The notes beneath the pieces are model-generated. The model saw nothing but the letters and a program-made list of their open reading frames with translations, was not told the DNA's origin and ran no database searches. A stretch of DNA of 64,000 nt, taken from contig JAYRZI010000002.1 in NCBI GenBank assembly GCA_041916575.1, positions 149,117 to 213,116 on the forward strand, written 5' to 3'. Both the position numbers and the translations under genes were made by a program. Source of the stretch: Haliangiales bacterium. Its GTDB lineage: Bacteria; Myxococcota_A; Polyangia; Haliangiales; Haliangiaceae. Shown here piece after piece: positions 9,282 through 18,223 of this stretch; the first letter of the stretch is position 1, and the number at the start of each line of letters is the position of its first letter.

Positions 9282-9899
9282 CTAGCTCGCGAGCTCGGCG
9301 TCCGCGAGTCCTTGGATGTGGCGGATGAGCGGATCGATGGTGTCCCAGATCTTGCCGCAGGGCACGTACCAGTTCTTGTCGGTGACGATGATGCTCAGGG
9401 TGCTGGTAGCCTGGTTCCAGGTGCCGCGCAGCTTGACCCCGTTGTTGTGGGTGTCGACGTCCCACGGGTTCCCGCCAGTGACGGTGGCGCCGTTTGCGCG
9501 CAGCGCCGCCAAGATGGCGTCGATCTTGGCCTGGTTGATGTTCGGGTAGCTATGGGTGCCGCACTTGCCATCGCTCGCGGTGGCGAGCGCTTCGTCGGTC
9601 GATCCGAGCAGCGCCTCGGTGGCGGGCAGCGTCTGGATGTGGCGGATGAGCGGATCGATGGTGTCCCAGATCTTGCCGCAGGGCACGTACCAGTTCTTGT
9701 CGGTGACGATAATGCTCAGGGTGCTGGTGGCCTGGTTCCAGGTGCCGCGCAGCTTGACTCCGTTGTTGTGGGTGTCGACGTCCCACGGGTTGCTACCAGT
9801 GACGGTGGAGCCGCTTGCGCGCAGCGCCGCCAAGATGCCATCGATCTTGGTCTGGTTGATGTTCGGGTAGCTGTGGGTGCCGCACTTGCCATCGCTCAT
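9282..9899 (-). CDS. hypothetical protein built from two near-identical ~95-aa tandem domains
   Basis: DGKCGTHSYPNINQ-KID-ILAALRA-G-TVTG-NPWDVDTHNNGVKLRGTWNQATSTLSIIVTDKNWYVPCGKIWDTIDPLIRHIQ occurs twice; no signal peptide; ATG at 9899. Confidence 0.55.
   Translation of the reverse strand: MSDGKCGTHSYPNINQTKIDGILAALRASGSTVTGSNPWDVDTHNNGVKLRGTWNQATSTLSIIVTDKNWYVPCGKIWDTIDPLIRHIQTLPATEALLGSTDEALATASDGKCGTHSYPNINQAKIDAILAALRANGATVTGGNPWDVDTHNNGVKLRGTWNQATSTLSIIVTDKNWYVPCGKIWDTIDPLIRHIQGLADAELAS
9316..9899. repeat. intragenic tandem direct duplication (two ~290-bp copies with ~324-bp period, ~95% identical)
   Basis: gatgtggcggatgagcggatcgatggtgtcccagatcttgccgcagggcacgtaccagttcttgtcggtgacgat... 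seen at 9316 and again at 9640. Confidence 0.85.
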
Positions 9900-10043
9900 G
9901 TCGCCTCCTGTTGCTCGCGACGCAACAGCGCGTCGTTCGCCTAGCTAAGCGAGAATGGGCGGCGAAGGCCATTACGGAGCATTACGGGTCCGAGCTGCAT
10001 GCAGTGCGTGGCGCGCTACTCGAAGAGCGTGACTCGTAACGAG

Positions 10044-11498
10044 CTACACCTTGCGTAGCTCGGTGTGTGGCATCAGCAGGGTGGCGATGAGCCCCACCGC
10101 GCACAGCGCTGCGCCAAACCAGAACGTGGCCGCGACCGCGCCGGTCATCGCGTGCGCGCTCTGCTGCTGAGCCCCGAGGCGCAGCGCGAACACGGTGCCC
10201 GAGAGGGCGATGCCGGCGGTGCTGCCGATCTGCCGGAAGAAGCTGACGGTGGCGGTGGTGGAGCCTAGATCGCGCTGCGCGGCGCCGTTTTGGATCACCA
10301 GCAAGTAGAGCGGCAACAGCGGCCCCAGCGCCAGCCCGATCGCGAGGAGCTGCAGCGCGAGCAACGTGGTGGAGGTGCGCTCGTCGAGCGTGGCGGCTAC
10401 CCAGGTGAACGCGCAGGTGCAGGCCAGCGCGCCGGCGAGCAAGATGCCGCGCGTGGTGCCGAGCCGGCTCGCCAGGATGCCCGAGCTGATGTTGCCGGTG
10501 ACCATGCCAAGGGTCATGGCCGACAGCACCACGCCAGCGCTGGTCGAGCTCTTGCCCAGCACGCGCTGCAAGAACAGAGGAGCGAACACCACCGAGATGA
10601 ACAGCACCATGCCGAAGCACAGCGAGGCCACCACGCCCCAGCGAAACACCGGCTCGGAGAACAGCCGCAGATCCATGATGGGCGACGGGCTGCGGACTTG
10701 CGACAGCAAGAACGCGCCGGCGCCGGCGCAGGCCAGCGCGAGCAGCGCCAGCACTTTCGGATCGGCCCAGTGCTGGTGCAGCGAGGCGGCCTGCTCGGCC
10801 TCGAGGGTCAGCTCGCCGCGGCCCAGGGTGAGCGCGAGCAAGAGCGGCACGGTGGCCACCACCAGCGTGGTCGCGCCGGTGAGATCGAGCCGCGTGTGGC
10901 GGCCGCCGCCGAGGCGCGGCATGGCCAGCGCGATGAAGGCGAGGGCCACCGCCCCTACTGGCAGGTTGAGAAAGAACGTCCAGTGCCACGAGGCGTGGTC
11001 GGTGATGAGGCCACCGAGCAGCGGGCCCGCGACGCCGGCGATGCCCCACATCGCCGCGAACAGGCCGTTGACCTTGGCCCGGATGGCGGGCGGGTACAGA
11101 TCCGCGGTCACCGCGAGGGAGGTGGTCAGCAGGGCGGCGGCGCCCATCCCCTGCATGGCGCGAAACCCGACCAGCCACCCGAAGCTGGGAGCCAGGCCAC
11201 AGCCAAGGGAGGCCGCGCAGAACAGCGACATGCCCACCACCAGCACGGGGCGTCGGCCGTGGAGATCGGACAGCTTGCCCCACACCGGCATCAGCACCGT
11301 CGAGGCCAGGGCGTAGGCCGCGGTGATCCAGTCGTAGAGCCCGGGGCTCACCTTCAAGTCCGCGATGATCTGCGGGCCCGCGGTGGCGGTGATGGTCTGG
11401 TCGAGCGCCGACAGGAGCGTGCCCAGCAGGACCGCGATCATGATCGCGGTTCGCTGGCGAGGGCTCAAGGTGGCCGCGACGGGCGTGGGCTCGGACAT
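10044..11498 (-). CDS. MFS transporter, DHA2 (EmrB/QacA, 14-TMS) drug-efflux family
   Basis: QRTAIMIAVLLGTLLSALDQTI, LSDLHGRRPVLVVGMSLF, ~14 hydrophobic segments; ATG at 11498. Confidence 0.85.
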   Translation of the reverse strand: MSEPTPVAATLSPRQRTAIMIAVLLGTLLSALDQTITATAGPQIIADLKVSPGLYDWITAAYALASTVLMPVWGKLSDLHGRRPVLVVGMSLFCAASLGCGLAPSFGWLVGFRAMQGMGAAALLTTSLAVTADLYPPAIRAKVNGLFAAMWGIAGVAGPLLGGLITDHASWHWTFFLNLPVGAVALAFIALAMPRLGGGRHTRLDLTGATTLVVATVPLLLALTLGRGELTLEAEQAASLHQHWADPKVLALLALACAGAGAFLLSQVRSPSPIMDLRLFSEPVFRWGVVASLCFGMVLFISVVFAPLFLQRVLGKSSTSAGVVLSAMTLGMVTGNISSGILASRLGTTRGILLAGALACTCAFTWVAATLDERTSTTLLALQLLAIGLALGPLLPLYLLVIQNGAAQRDLGSTTATVSFFRQIGSTAGIALSGTVFALRLGAQQQSAHAMTGAVAATFWFGAALCAVGLIATLLMPHTELRKV

Positions 11499-11518
11499 CG
11501 AGCGCGAACGAACCTGGC

Positions 11519-12055
11519 CTAGGCCAGCTTGTGCGCGAGGTAGGCGCGTAGGCGGACCTCGGCGTCGGCCGGGTCGGTCAGCACCACGGTGGTGGTCTTG
11601 GCGAGCTCGTCGCCGATCTCCTGCCAGAGCGCGGCGCGGGCGGCCGCGTCTTCGACGATGGCCCCGGTGGTGCGACCGCGCACGGTCTGCTCCATCAGCT
11701 TGCTGACGTGAGCGCGCAGCTTGTCGAACAGCGCGCCGCCGAGGAACTCGTTGATCTGCTCGGACTCGTTGGCCATGCGGCCGAGCGCAACCGTGGCCGA
11801 CACCGGCAGCTCTCCGGTGTCGTGGTTCTGCAGCAGCAGCGCCGCGACGCGCATCACCATGACGTCATCGGCAAAGCCGATGCCCTCGTTCCAATCGGGC
11901 ACCAGGTCCATGCGGCTCACCAGATAGGAGAGCGAGGCCGCCGCCAGCCGGCGCGCCGCCGGATCGGCTCCGCTGGCCTCTACCACTGCCTTGAGCGCCT
12001 CGACATCGGCGCGCATGGTCTCAGTCCACGACTTGAACGTTTGGATGGCTGCCAC
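11519..12055 (-). CDS. DUF1232/YkvA-like protein (hypothetical)
   Basis: DLVPDWNEGIGFADDVMVMRVA resembles DUF1232; GTG start at 12055 with AGAGGA RBS, alternative ATG at 12016; 20 bp upstream of the MFS gene on the same strand. Confidence 0.45.
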   Translation of the reverse strand: MAAIQTFKSWTETMRADVEALKAVVEASGADPAARRLAAASLSYLVSRMDLVPDWNEGIGFADDVMVMRVAALLLQNHDTGELPVSATVALGRMANESEQINEFLGGALFDKLRAHVSKLMEQTVRGRTTGAIVEDAAARAALWQEIGDELAKTTTVVLTDPADAEVRLRAYLAHKLA

Positions 12056-12187
12056 GAGGTCCTCTTGTCCACGACGGTACTCCGGCGCTCGCTTCGTCGC
12101 AACCGGCGCGAGCGTGGCAACACGCGCGTTCGGTGCCAGTCGCGTGCGGTAGTGCGTCGAGGCCGGCGATCGGGTACCGTGGCCGAG

Positions 12188-13606
12188 ATGGGAAGGTTCG
12201 ACGTTCGCTCGCTGATGCTCGGCGGGATTCTTGCAATGGTGCTGGCGCGGCCTGCCGACGCCGAGCGCGCGGCCCCTTCAACGGCCGGCGCCGCGGCGGT
12301 GTCCGGGGCGACCTGGGGGGTCTCGCCAGAGCCGCGCATCGAGCATCGCTCCTTCACGTTGGCCAACGGCCTGCGCGTGTACGTGATCGAAGATCACCGG
12401 ACTCCGATGGTGCACGAGATCCTGTGGGTTCGCGTCGGATCGAAAGACGAGACCCCCGGGCGCACCGGCTTCGCCCACCTGTTCGAGCACCTCATGTTCA
12501 AGGGCTCGGCGCACATCCCGGATGGCAAGCTCGACGTGCTGCTCGAGGGCGCCGGCGGCTGGTCCAACGCGTTCACCAGCTCCGACATGACCGTGTACCA
12601 GAACGTGGCCGCGGCGAGCTTTCTCGAGCGCGTGCTGTGGATCGAGGCCGACCGCCTGGCCGGGCTGCTCACCGGGTTCGATCAGGCCAAGCTCGATAAC
12701 CAGCGCGAGGTGGTGCTCAACGAGCGGCGGCAATCCTACGAGAACGAGCCCTACGGTCAGGCCGAGCTGGTGCTGCCGGGCAAGGTCTGGCCCGTCGGGC
12801 ATGGCTACCACTGGCCGACCATCGGGGCGCCCGAGGACCTGCGCGCCGCCACCGTGAGCGATGTGGCGGCCTTCTTTCGCACCTACTATGTGCCGCAGAA
12901 CGCGACCATGGTGATCGCCGGCGCGGTGCGCTACGACGAGGTCAAGCGCTTGGTCGAGAAGTACTTCGGCTGGATGCCGCGGGCCGCCGAGCCGCCGCGA
13001 CCTCGCTACCCAGCGGTGGCCCCGCTGACCGCCCCGGTGACGGTGGCGCTCACCGATGATGTCCAGGTGCCGCGCGTGTACCTGACCTGGCGCGGGCCCG
13101 CGGCCTACAGCTCGGACGAGGCGCCGCTCGATCTGGCGCTGGCCATCCTCGGCGGCGGCAAGAGCAGCCGCCTGTATCGCCGCCTGGTGTACCAGGACAA
13201 GGTGGCACAGGATGTGAGCGCCGGCCTGGTCGCGGAGGAGCTGGGAGGCACGGTTCGCCTCGAGGTCACCGCCAAGCCTGGCGTGGAGCCGGCGCGTCTG
13301 GTGCGCGATCTCGAAGCGGAGATCGCGCGGCTCACTGCGCAGCCGCCCGATGCGCTGGAGCTGGCGCGCGCGCAGGCCACCTATGAGGCGGCGTTCCTCG
13401 GCGAGCTGGAGTCGGTGTTGCAGCGCGCGATCACGCTGGCCGAGTACGACGTGCTGGCGCGCGACCCCGACTACTTCGCCAAGGACCTGGCGCGGTACCG
13501 CGCGGTCACCCCGGCGGCGGTGCAAGCGGCGGTGGCGCGCTATCTGGCGCCGCAGCGCCGGGTGCTGCTCACCATCGCGCCCAAGGCCGAGGGAGGCAAG
13601 CCATGA
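12188..13606 (+). CDS. M16 family zinc peptidase (pitrilysin-like, catalytic)
   Basis: Inverted zinc motif HLFEHLMFKG (HxxEH); signal peptide; start trimmed to ATG at 12188 (MGRFDVRS) from an Arg-rich upstream ORF extension. Confidence 0.85.
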   Translation: MGRFDVRSLMLGGILAMVLARPADAERAAPSTAGAAAVSGATWGVSPEPRIEHRSFTLANGLRVYVIEDHRTPMVHEILWVRVGSKDETPGRTGFAHLFEHLMFKGSAHIPDGKLDVLLEGAGGWSNAFTSSDMTVYQNVAAASFLERVLWIEADRLAGLLTGFDQAKLDNQREVVLNERRQSYENEPYGQAELVLPGKVWPVGHGYHWPTIGAPEDLRAATVSDVAAFFRTYYVPQNATMVIAGAVRYDEVKRLVEKYFGWMPRAAEPPRPRYPAVAPLTAPVTVALTDDVQVPRVYLTWRGPAAYSSDEAPLDLALAILGGGKSSRLYRRLVYQDKVAQDVSAGLVAEELGGTVRLEVTAKPGVEPARLVRDLEAEIARLTAQPPDALELARAQATYEAAFLGELESVLQRAITLAEYDVLARDPDYFAKDLARYRAVTPAAVQAAVARYLAPQRRVLLTIAPKAEGGKP

Positions 13607-15081
13607 GAGCGCTACTGTGCGCGCTCGTCTGTGGCCTTGCCGCCGTGGCCTCGGCGGCGCCCGGCACCGAGCCCGACTACGCGGCTTCGGGGATCTCCGA
13701 CTGGACCGCTCCGCCGCCGCCCACCGCCGAGCCGGCGTACCGGCCGCCCGCGCCCAAGCGCCTGCGCTTGCGCAACGGCCTGACGGTGCTGGTGGTGGAG
13801 AACCGCGTGCTCCCGATCTTTGCGGTGACGCTGGTGGTGCCCGGCGCCGGTGCCGCGTTCGATCCGCCCGAGCGCTTCGGGCTGGCGTCCCTGACCGCTG
13901 ATCTGCTCGACGAGGGCGCCGGCGGCCTGTCGGCGCTGGCGCTGGCCGAGGAGGAAGAGCGCCTGGGCGCCGACCTCGAGCTCTACGCCGACTACGACGC
14001 CGGCGGCCTATCGGCGCGCGGGCTCTCGAAGAACCTCGATGGCACGCTCGAGCTGGTGGCCAAGCTGCTGGCCGAGCCCGCGCTGGCCCCCGGTGAGCTC
14101 GAGCGGGTCCGCGGCGATCGCAAGATCGCGCTCCAGCAGCGCCGCGATCGGCCGCGCGAGGTCGCCGGCCTGATGCTCTCGGCCGCGCTCTACGGCGGCG
14201 ATCGTCCCTATGGCCACGCCATCGCCGGCACGGAGGCGCACCTGGCCGCGATCACGCAGGCCGACGTGCAGCGCTTCTACCTGGAGCGCTGGCAGCCGGC
14301 GCGCGCGACCTTGATCCTCGCCGGAGACCTGGAGGCCGCCACGCTGCTGGCGCGGCTCGAGCCGACGCTGGGGCGCTGGAAGGCCAGGGCGCCGGCGGCG
14401 CCAGCGCGGCTTGCGGCGAAGCCGGCGGGCCCCTCGGCGCCCAGCTTGCGGCTGGCGGAGCGCCCCGGCGCCGAGCAGACCGAGGTGCGAGTGGGGCTCA
14501 TCGGCCCTGCGCGCACCGATGCCCGCTTCTATGCCTTCGAGGTGCTGCGCACGGCGCTCGGTGGCGGCTTCACCAGCCGGCTCACGCAACGGCTGCGCGA
14601 GGAGCTGGGCATCACCTATGGCGCCAGCGCGGTGATGGATTGGCGCTTGCGGCCGGGACCGTTTTTCGTGGGCACGGCGATCGAGTCGGCGCAGACCGCC
14701 AACGGCGTGGTCGAGATCTTCGCCATCCTGCGCGATCTGGCCAGCCGCGAGCTCGCTCCCGAGGAGCTAGACAAGACCAAGCAGAGCCTCATCCGCGCGC
14801 TGCCGGCCGAGCTCGAATCGAACCTGGCCACCACCACCGCGCTCGCCAATCTGGTGCAGCTCGGCCTGCCCGTGACCTGGCACTCCACCTACGCCGCCAA
14901 CGTTCGCAAGGTCACCGCGCGCCAGGTGCGCGCCGCGGCGGCGAGCCTCTTGCCGGTTGGCAAGCTGGCAGTGGCAGCGGTGGGGGATGGCGCGGCGCTC
15001 GAGGCCCTGGCGCGAGCACTCGCCCCGCTGGGCTACAGCGCGCCGCCCATCCTGCATGACGCCGCCGGCGCGCCGCGCTAG
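13603..15081 (+). CDS. M16 family peptidase-like protein (partner subunit, no HxxEH)
   Basis: M16 fold similarity; signal peptide; ATGA overlap with the upstream M16 gene. Confidence 0.75.
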   Translation: MRALLCALVCGLAAVASAAPGTEPDYAASGISDWTAPPPPTAEPAYRPPAPKRLRLRNGLTVLVVENRVLPIFAVTLVVPGAGAAFDPPERFGLASLTADLLDEGAGGLSALALAEEEERLGADLELYADYDAGGLSARGLSKNLDGTLELVAKLLAEPALAPGELERVRGDRKIALQQRRDRPREVAGLMLSAALYGGDRPYGHAIAGTEAHLAAITQADVQRFYLERWQPARATLILAGDLEAATLLARLEPTLGRWKARAPAAPARLAAKPAGPSAPSLRLAERPGAEQTEVRVGLIGPARTDARFYAFEVLRTALGGGFTSRLTQRLREELGITYGASAVMDWRLRPGPFFVGTAIESAQTANGVVEIFAILRDLASRELAPEELDKTKQSLIRALPAELESNLATTTALANLVQLGLPVTWHSTYAANVRKVTARQVRAAAASLLPVGKLAVAAVGDGAALEALARALAPLGYSAPPILHDAAGAPR

Positions 15082-15200
15082 CGGTCCAGTCCTCTCCCTT
15101 CCCATCACTACGGCGAGGCTCGTCGGCGCGTAGTTGTGGCCAGCCGCGCGCGGCCCTTGCGCCTTCTGTGTACAATTACGGCTCCACGGATAGGGGGCCC

Positions 15201-17240
15201 ATGGCGAAGCAACGCATCGCGATCCTCGGCGGAGGCATCTCCGCGCTCATGGCTGCGTTCGAGATCACCAATGATCCGGGCTGGCGCGACGAATTCGAAG
15301 TGACGGTGTATCAGCTCGGGTGGCGGCTGGGTGGCAAGTGCGCCTCCGGTCGCAACGCCGCGCGCGAGCAGCGCATCGAGGAGCATGGACTGCACATCTT
15401 CCTCGGCTTCTACAACAACGCCTTTCGCGTGATGAAGGAGTGCTATCGCGAGCTGGGGCGCCCACCGGGGGCTCCGCTGGCGACCTGGGACGAGGCCTTT
15501 CGACCTCACAACTACATCGTGCTCACCGAGAAGCTGGCCTCCGGCGCGTACGTGCCTTGGGTGCTGGACTTCCCTTCGACGAGCGAGGAGCCGGGGACCG
15601 GCGGCGTCCTTCCTTCGCCGTGGGCCGCCATCGAGATGCTAGTCGGATGGCTACGCCAGCTCATCGCGCAGGCCGAGGAACATGCCAAGGATGCGCGCTG
15701 GCAGCTCCACGAGGTGCACGCCGCGTGTCGCGAGCGAAACCCGTTCCGCGTGCTGGAGCTGTTGCGCGAGGCCCACACGCTGCTCGACAGCGTGGAGCTC
15801 GATCGCCTGGAGCTGGATCTCGACCTGCGACGGATCTTCATCAGCGTCGATCTGGGGATGGCGGCGATCAAGGGGCTCATCGAGAACCACCTGGTATTTC
15901 CGCCCTACGACTTCTTCAAGCTCGATGCGCTCGACTTCCGCGACTGGCTGCGCAAGTACGGAGCACGCGAGGTGTCGGTCAACTCGGCCTACATCAACGG
16001 CATCTACGACATTGGGTTCTCGCGGCAAGGCGAGGTCGGCGCCGGCACCGCGATCAACGGCACCCTGCGCATGGTGTTCACCTACAAGGGCGCCGTGATG
16101 TGGAAGATGCAGGCCGGGATGGGCGACACCATCTTCGCGCCGTTCTACGAGGTGCTGACCCGGCGCGGCGTGCGCTTCGAGCTGTTCGCGCGCGTCGATG
16201 CGCTCGAGCTGTCCGAGGACAAGTCGCGGGTCGCGCGGGTGGTCATCGGCCGCCAGGCCACTCTCAAGGATCCGGCGCGCGGCTACCAGCCGCTGGTGAT
16301 GGTGCAGGGCCTGCCGTGCTGGCCCAGCGGGCCCGACTACGCACAGCTCGTCGAGGGCGAGGCGCTGCGTGCCAGCGGCCAGAACCTGGAGGACTGGTGG
16401 ACCTCGTGGGTCGATCCGGTGCCGCCGCAGGTCCTGGTGGATGGCGTGGACTTCGATCGCGTGATCCTGGGCTGCTCGATCGCCACGTTCCCTTACATCG
16501 CCAAGGAGCTGATGGACGCCAGCCCACCGCTGGCCGCCATGGTGAACGCGCTTGGCACCCGCCAGACCCAGGCGGTGCAGCTCTGGATGTCACCGGATCT
16601 GGCGGGGCTGGGCTGGACGCTCCAGCCGCCGGTGCTCGACGGCTACGCCGAGCCCCTCGACACTTGGGCCGACATGACGCACCTGTTGCCGCGCGAGAGC
16701 TGGCCTGTGGGCAACGCGCCCAAGAACCTGGCGTACCTGTGCGGCGGCCTGACCGACCTCGAGCCGCTCCCTCCGCGCTCCGATCACGGCTACGTGCAGC
16801 GGCTCGAGGTGAGGGTACGCGCCGAGGCCATCCGCTGGATCGAGCAGTACGCGGCGGGGCTTTGGCCCAAGGCCGCGCCACCGCCGCCGGCGCCAGGAGA
16901 AGCGCCTGCCGGCGACGAGGCTGCGCCGGGCTTCAACTGGTCGCTGCTAGTAGATCCCAACCAAGGAGTGCGCGGCCCGGCGCGCTTCGATTCGCAGTAC
17001 TGGGTGGCCGGCAAGAATCCCTCGGACCGCTACGTGCTGTCGTTGCCCAACACCGTGCACAAGCGGCTGCGGCCCGACGGCGCGGGCTTCGCCAACCTGC
17101 TCTTGGCCGGTGACTACTTGCTCACCGGGATCAGCGCCGGCTCGGTGGAGGCCGCGACCATGGCCGGCCTGGAGGCTTCTCGCCTCCTGTGCGGAAGGCC
17201 CGAACAGATCATCGGCGACCTCGAAGGAGAGAAGGCATGA
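15201..17240 (+). CDS. FAD/NAD(P)-binding oxidoreductase (amine-oxidase / phytoene-desaturase-like)
   Basis: Rossmann dinucleotide motif IAILGGGISALMAAFEI...LGG; ATG at 15201. Confidence 0.7.
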   Translation: MAKQRIAILGGGISALMAAFEITNDPGWRDEFEVTVYQLGWRLGGKCASGRNAAREQRIEEHGLHIFLGFYNNAFRVMKECYRELGRPPGAPLATWDEAFRPHNYIVLTEKLASGAYVPWVLDFPSTSEEPGTGGVLPSPWAAIEMLVGWLRQLIAQAEEHAKDARWQLHEVHAACRERNPFRVLELLREAHTLLDSVELDRLELDLDLRRIFISVDLGMAAIKGLIENHLVFPPYDFFKLDALDFRDWLRKYGAREVSVNSAYINGIYDIGFSRQGEVGAGTAINGTLRMVFTYKGAVMWKMQAGMGDTIFAPFYEVLTRRGVRFELFARVDALELSEDKSRVARVVIGRQATLKDPARGYQPLVMVQGLPCWPSGPDYAQLVEGEALRASGQNLEDWWTSWVDPVPPQVLVDGVDFDRVILGCSIATFPYIAKELMDASPPLAAMVNALGTRQTQAVQLWMSPDLAGLGWTLQPPVLDGYAEPLDTWADMTHLLPRESWPVGNAPKNLAYLCGGLTDLEPLPPRSDHGYVQRLEVRVRAEAIRWIEQYAAGLWPKAAPPPPAPGEAPAGDEAAPGFNWSLLVDPNQGVRGPARFDSQYWVAGKNPSDRYVLSLPNTVHKRLRPDGAGFANLLLAGDYLLTGISAGSVEAATMAGLEASRLLCGRPEQIIGDLEGEKA

Positions 17241-18223
17241 GCTTGCCCAAGTACATCCGGCGCGGCGGCGACATCGTGATGGCGCCACCCTTGGAGCTGC
17301 GCGACACCATCATGTATTCGTTCCTGGTCGACGCCGACCTCGGCGCGCTGACCCGCATGCTCGATGCCCAGCTCAACGCCGTGAGCGCGCCGCACGGCCT
17401 GGTCTACAAGCCGCTGTTGCCGATGGTGGCGGTGGTGTGCGCCTCGGCGGGAGATTCGCACTCCACCGAGCCGCCGGATTCGCAGAAGGGTTGGATGGGC
17501 GAGCGCGATTTCGGCGTCTGGGTGCCGGTGGTGGCCGGCAAGCAAGAGGGCGGCACGTGGAAGCCGGAGCGCCTGTGCTGGTACTTGCCGTATGTCTTCG
17601 TCGACAACGTGGCGGCGATGGCCACCGGCCGCGAGGTGTATGGCTTCTTCAAGGAGCTGGCGACGCTGAACATGCCCCCTTCTCCTTGGGCGCGCGGCAT
17701 GTTCAGCATCGACACGCTGGTCATCCCCAGGTTCTCGCCGGCGTCACAGGCCGAGGTGCTGCGCTTGCTCACCATCACCGCGGCCGGGCCTTCGCCCGAG
17801 AGCGGCAAGACCTGGGGCAGCTTGCGCGAGGCCGCCGATGCGCTGTGGGGCGAGCTCGAGCGCGCGTTCTTCGATGGCAAGAGCTCGGACGGGCTGCCGA
17901 TCTCGTTGTGGCAGCTCATCAAGGAGCTGCTCGAGACCATCGTCTCCGGCGACGTGCCGCTGGTCTTCCTCAAGCAGTTCCGCGACGCCGGGCTCGAGGA
18001 TCTGGCGTGCTACCAGGCCGTGGTCGAAGCGCCGGCGCACCTAGAGCGCCTGCACGCTGGCTGGTTCACCCCGCCGCACGATCTCACCATCGCCGAGTTC
18101 GATAGCCACCCCATCATCGCGGAGTGTGGGTTAGCCGGGCCTGCGGTGCGTTCGCAGCTCGGCTTCTGGGTGAAGATGGACTTCGTGATGCAGCCGGGGA
18201 GGGTGGTCGCCTCCTCGACATGA
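17237..18223 (+). CDS. acetoacetate decarboxylase (ADC)-like family protein
   Basis: PPLELRDTIMYSFLVDADLGALTRML and ATGREVYGFFKEL resemble the ADC/MppR fold; ATGA overlap with both neighbours. Confidence 0.45.
   Translation: MSLPKYIRRGGDIVMAPPLELRDTIMYSFLVDADLGALTRMLDAQLNAVSAPHGLVYKPLLPMVAVVCASAGDSHSTEPPDSQKGWMGERDFGVWVPVVAGKQEGGTWKPERLCWYLPYVFVDNVAAMATGREVYGFFKELATLNMPPSPWARGMFSIDTLVIPRFSPASQAEVLRLLTITAAGPSPESGKTWGSLREAADALWGELERAFFDGKSSDGLPISLWQLIKELLETIVSGDVPLVFLKQFRDAGLEDLACYQAVVEAPAHLERLHAGWFTPPHDLTIAEFDSHPIIAECGLAGPAVRSQLGFWVKMDFVMQPGRVVASST

Noticed and set aside
11708-12187. 160-aa upstream extension of the M16 peptidase ORF
   Set aside because: Arg-rich with no signal peptide; the real signal peptide begins at ATG 12188; the extension overlaps the opposite-strand DUF1232-like gene
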